Below are positions 63,137-64,000 of a stretch of 64,000 nt of DNA, in pieces; the stretch's first letter is position 1, and every line of letters starts with the position of its first letter. Source of the stretch: Phoronis australis (taxonomy: Eukaryota > Animalia > Phoronida); the NCBI GenBank assembly GCA_002633005.1, contig NMRA01000069.1:298422-362421 (forward strand), given 5' to 3'. The notes beneath the pieces were generated by a model, which saw nothing but the letters and a program-made list of their open reading frames with translations, did no database searches and was not told the DNA's origin. Made by a program: the position numbers and the translations under genes.

Positions 63137-63724
63137 TTAACTAATTATCTTCTGAGGATAAAGAGCTACCTTCTGTTGCCTTTCTTCCTTTGCTTTTTCA
63201 TATCTTTCCAATCGTTCCCACTTCTTCTTAGGAATTGGGTGGTCCTCGTTGATTCGGAATGTTTTATTATTATCGTGTGGTTGCAAGCCAAATACTTTAC
63301 ACATATGCTTTTCGTAGTAGGGACCCTTCGCTTCCAGGCCAGCGATCGCATCAATGAAGACGGGCATATTCTCCACATCCGCCTTCGTATTTGGGTAGTA
63401 CGGGATGAAGAGGTTTTTATAGTTCTCGTCTTTCAAGCACTTGTACAGGGTCGCGTTGCTTACGTGATCCAATTTACGGTCTTTGCGCAAATCTTGACAC
63501 ATAGTTTGGGACATCTACAGGAGATAAACAGTGCTATGCTCGAACGCATACTGATACACCTGCATCTCCCCTGTTACCGACGAACGCATAATACTAGGGT
63601 CGTTATATAAACATCCCACCAGTCCATAACTTGTTAGCTGTCTGTGCAGATCCATGGCACCGTTTGTATCAGCGTCGGCGAAAATCAGCGTGTAGTCATA
63701 CTCCTGGGGTTCACTCTGTGACAT
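63137..63724 (-). pseudogene. TICAM-like TIR-only paralogue with one in-frame TAG (nonsense allele, pseudogene or base error)
   Basis: ORFs 63515..63967 and 63137..63514 are the same frame split by TAG at 63517-63515, where the paralogue has TAC (HSTVYLL*MSQ vs HSTVYLLYMSQ). Acceptor ctttccctttctag| at 63756; candidate ATG at 63724 (MSQSEPQEYDYTLIF). Confidence 0.8.
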
Positions 63725-64000
63725 TTGTGACGCACTGCTTGAGGTTGGAACTTGTCCTAGAAAGGGAAAGAAAAGAGTTAAGATGGATAATATAATGCAA
63801 GTGCCATTTACACACAGACTTGTCCTAGAACAAGTTACTCCTTGAACGAGTTGCCGCTTGATTTGAAGCCTGGGCTGAGTGGAGGTGTACATTAAAACTT
63901 GTGCAACTTGCCGCACTTGGGACACCTTTCTCCACCTTATCGATCGGTTCACTGTCGTCCTTTGCACCCGCCTTACCGATCGGAGGTTATTGTGTGTGTG

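Noticed and set aside
63512-63517. TAG-ATG as programmed stop-restart translation
   Set aside because: The Met is simply conserved from the paralogue (YM); a single substitution or base error is the simpler explanation.
63757-63967. N-terminal 70 aa of ORF 63515..63967 including a hydrophobic TM-like stretch (IILSILTLFFPFLG)
   Set aside because: The stretch is the translated polypyrimidine tract of the acceptor at 63757, so it is intronic; this is not evidence of a receptor.

Overview
This is AT-rich, repeat-dense, intron-rich animal DNA, most likely from an invertebrate, in a draft assembly with N gaps and stacked haplotypes. The ORF track is mostly spurious, so the genes were built by hand from splice signals. 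(1) + strand: an 11-coding-exon FKBP8/FKBP38 orthologue (11138-26858, 447 aa; FKBP, TPR, C-terminal TM anchor). (2) - strand, convergent with it: a 6-coding-exon, phase-consistent 400-aa gene (46074-33351). It encodes a TICAM/TRIF-type TIR domain, a charged helix, a low-complexity linker with caspase-site-like LExD/A motifs, and a C-terminal RHIM-like motif (IHIYNSGNISLMVGDSN), i.e. a TRIF-like innate-immune adaptor. The ORF track shows its TIR exon but misses the RHIM exon. (3) A diverged same-strand TIR-only paralogue (63724-63137) with one in-frame TAG and no BB-loop proline. Mobile DNA includes a 528-bp miniature LTR element (TRIM) whose LTRs carry a tRNA-like Pol III promoter (50921-51448) and a decayed AcademX-type DNA transposon (55761-59593) whose empty target site is visible at ~31.8 kb. 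There are also TAG...CTA foldback elements with 9-bp TSDs, a 5'-truncated LINE with TSD, and many MITEs. Family assignments come from motif recognition by eye, not from database searches.
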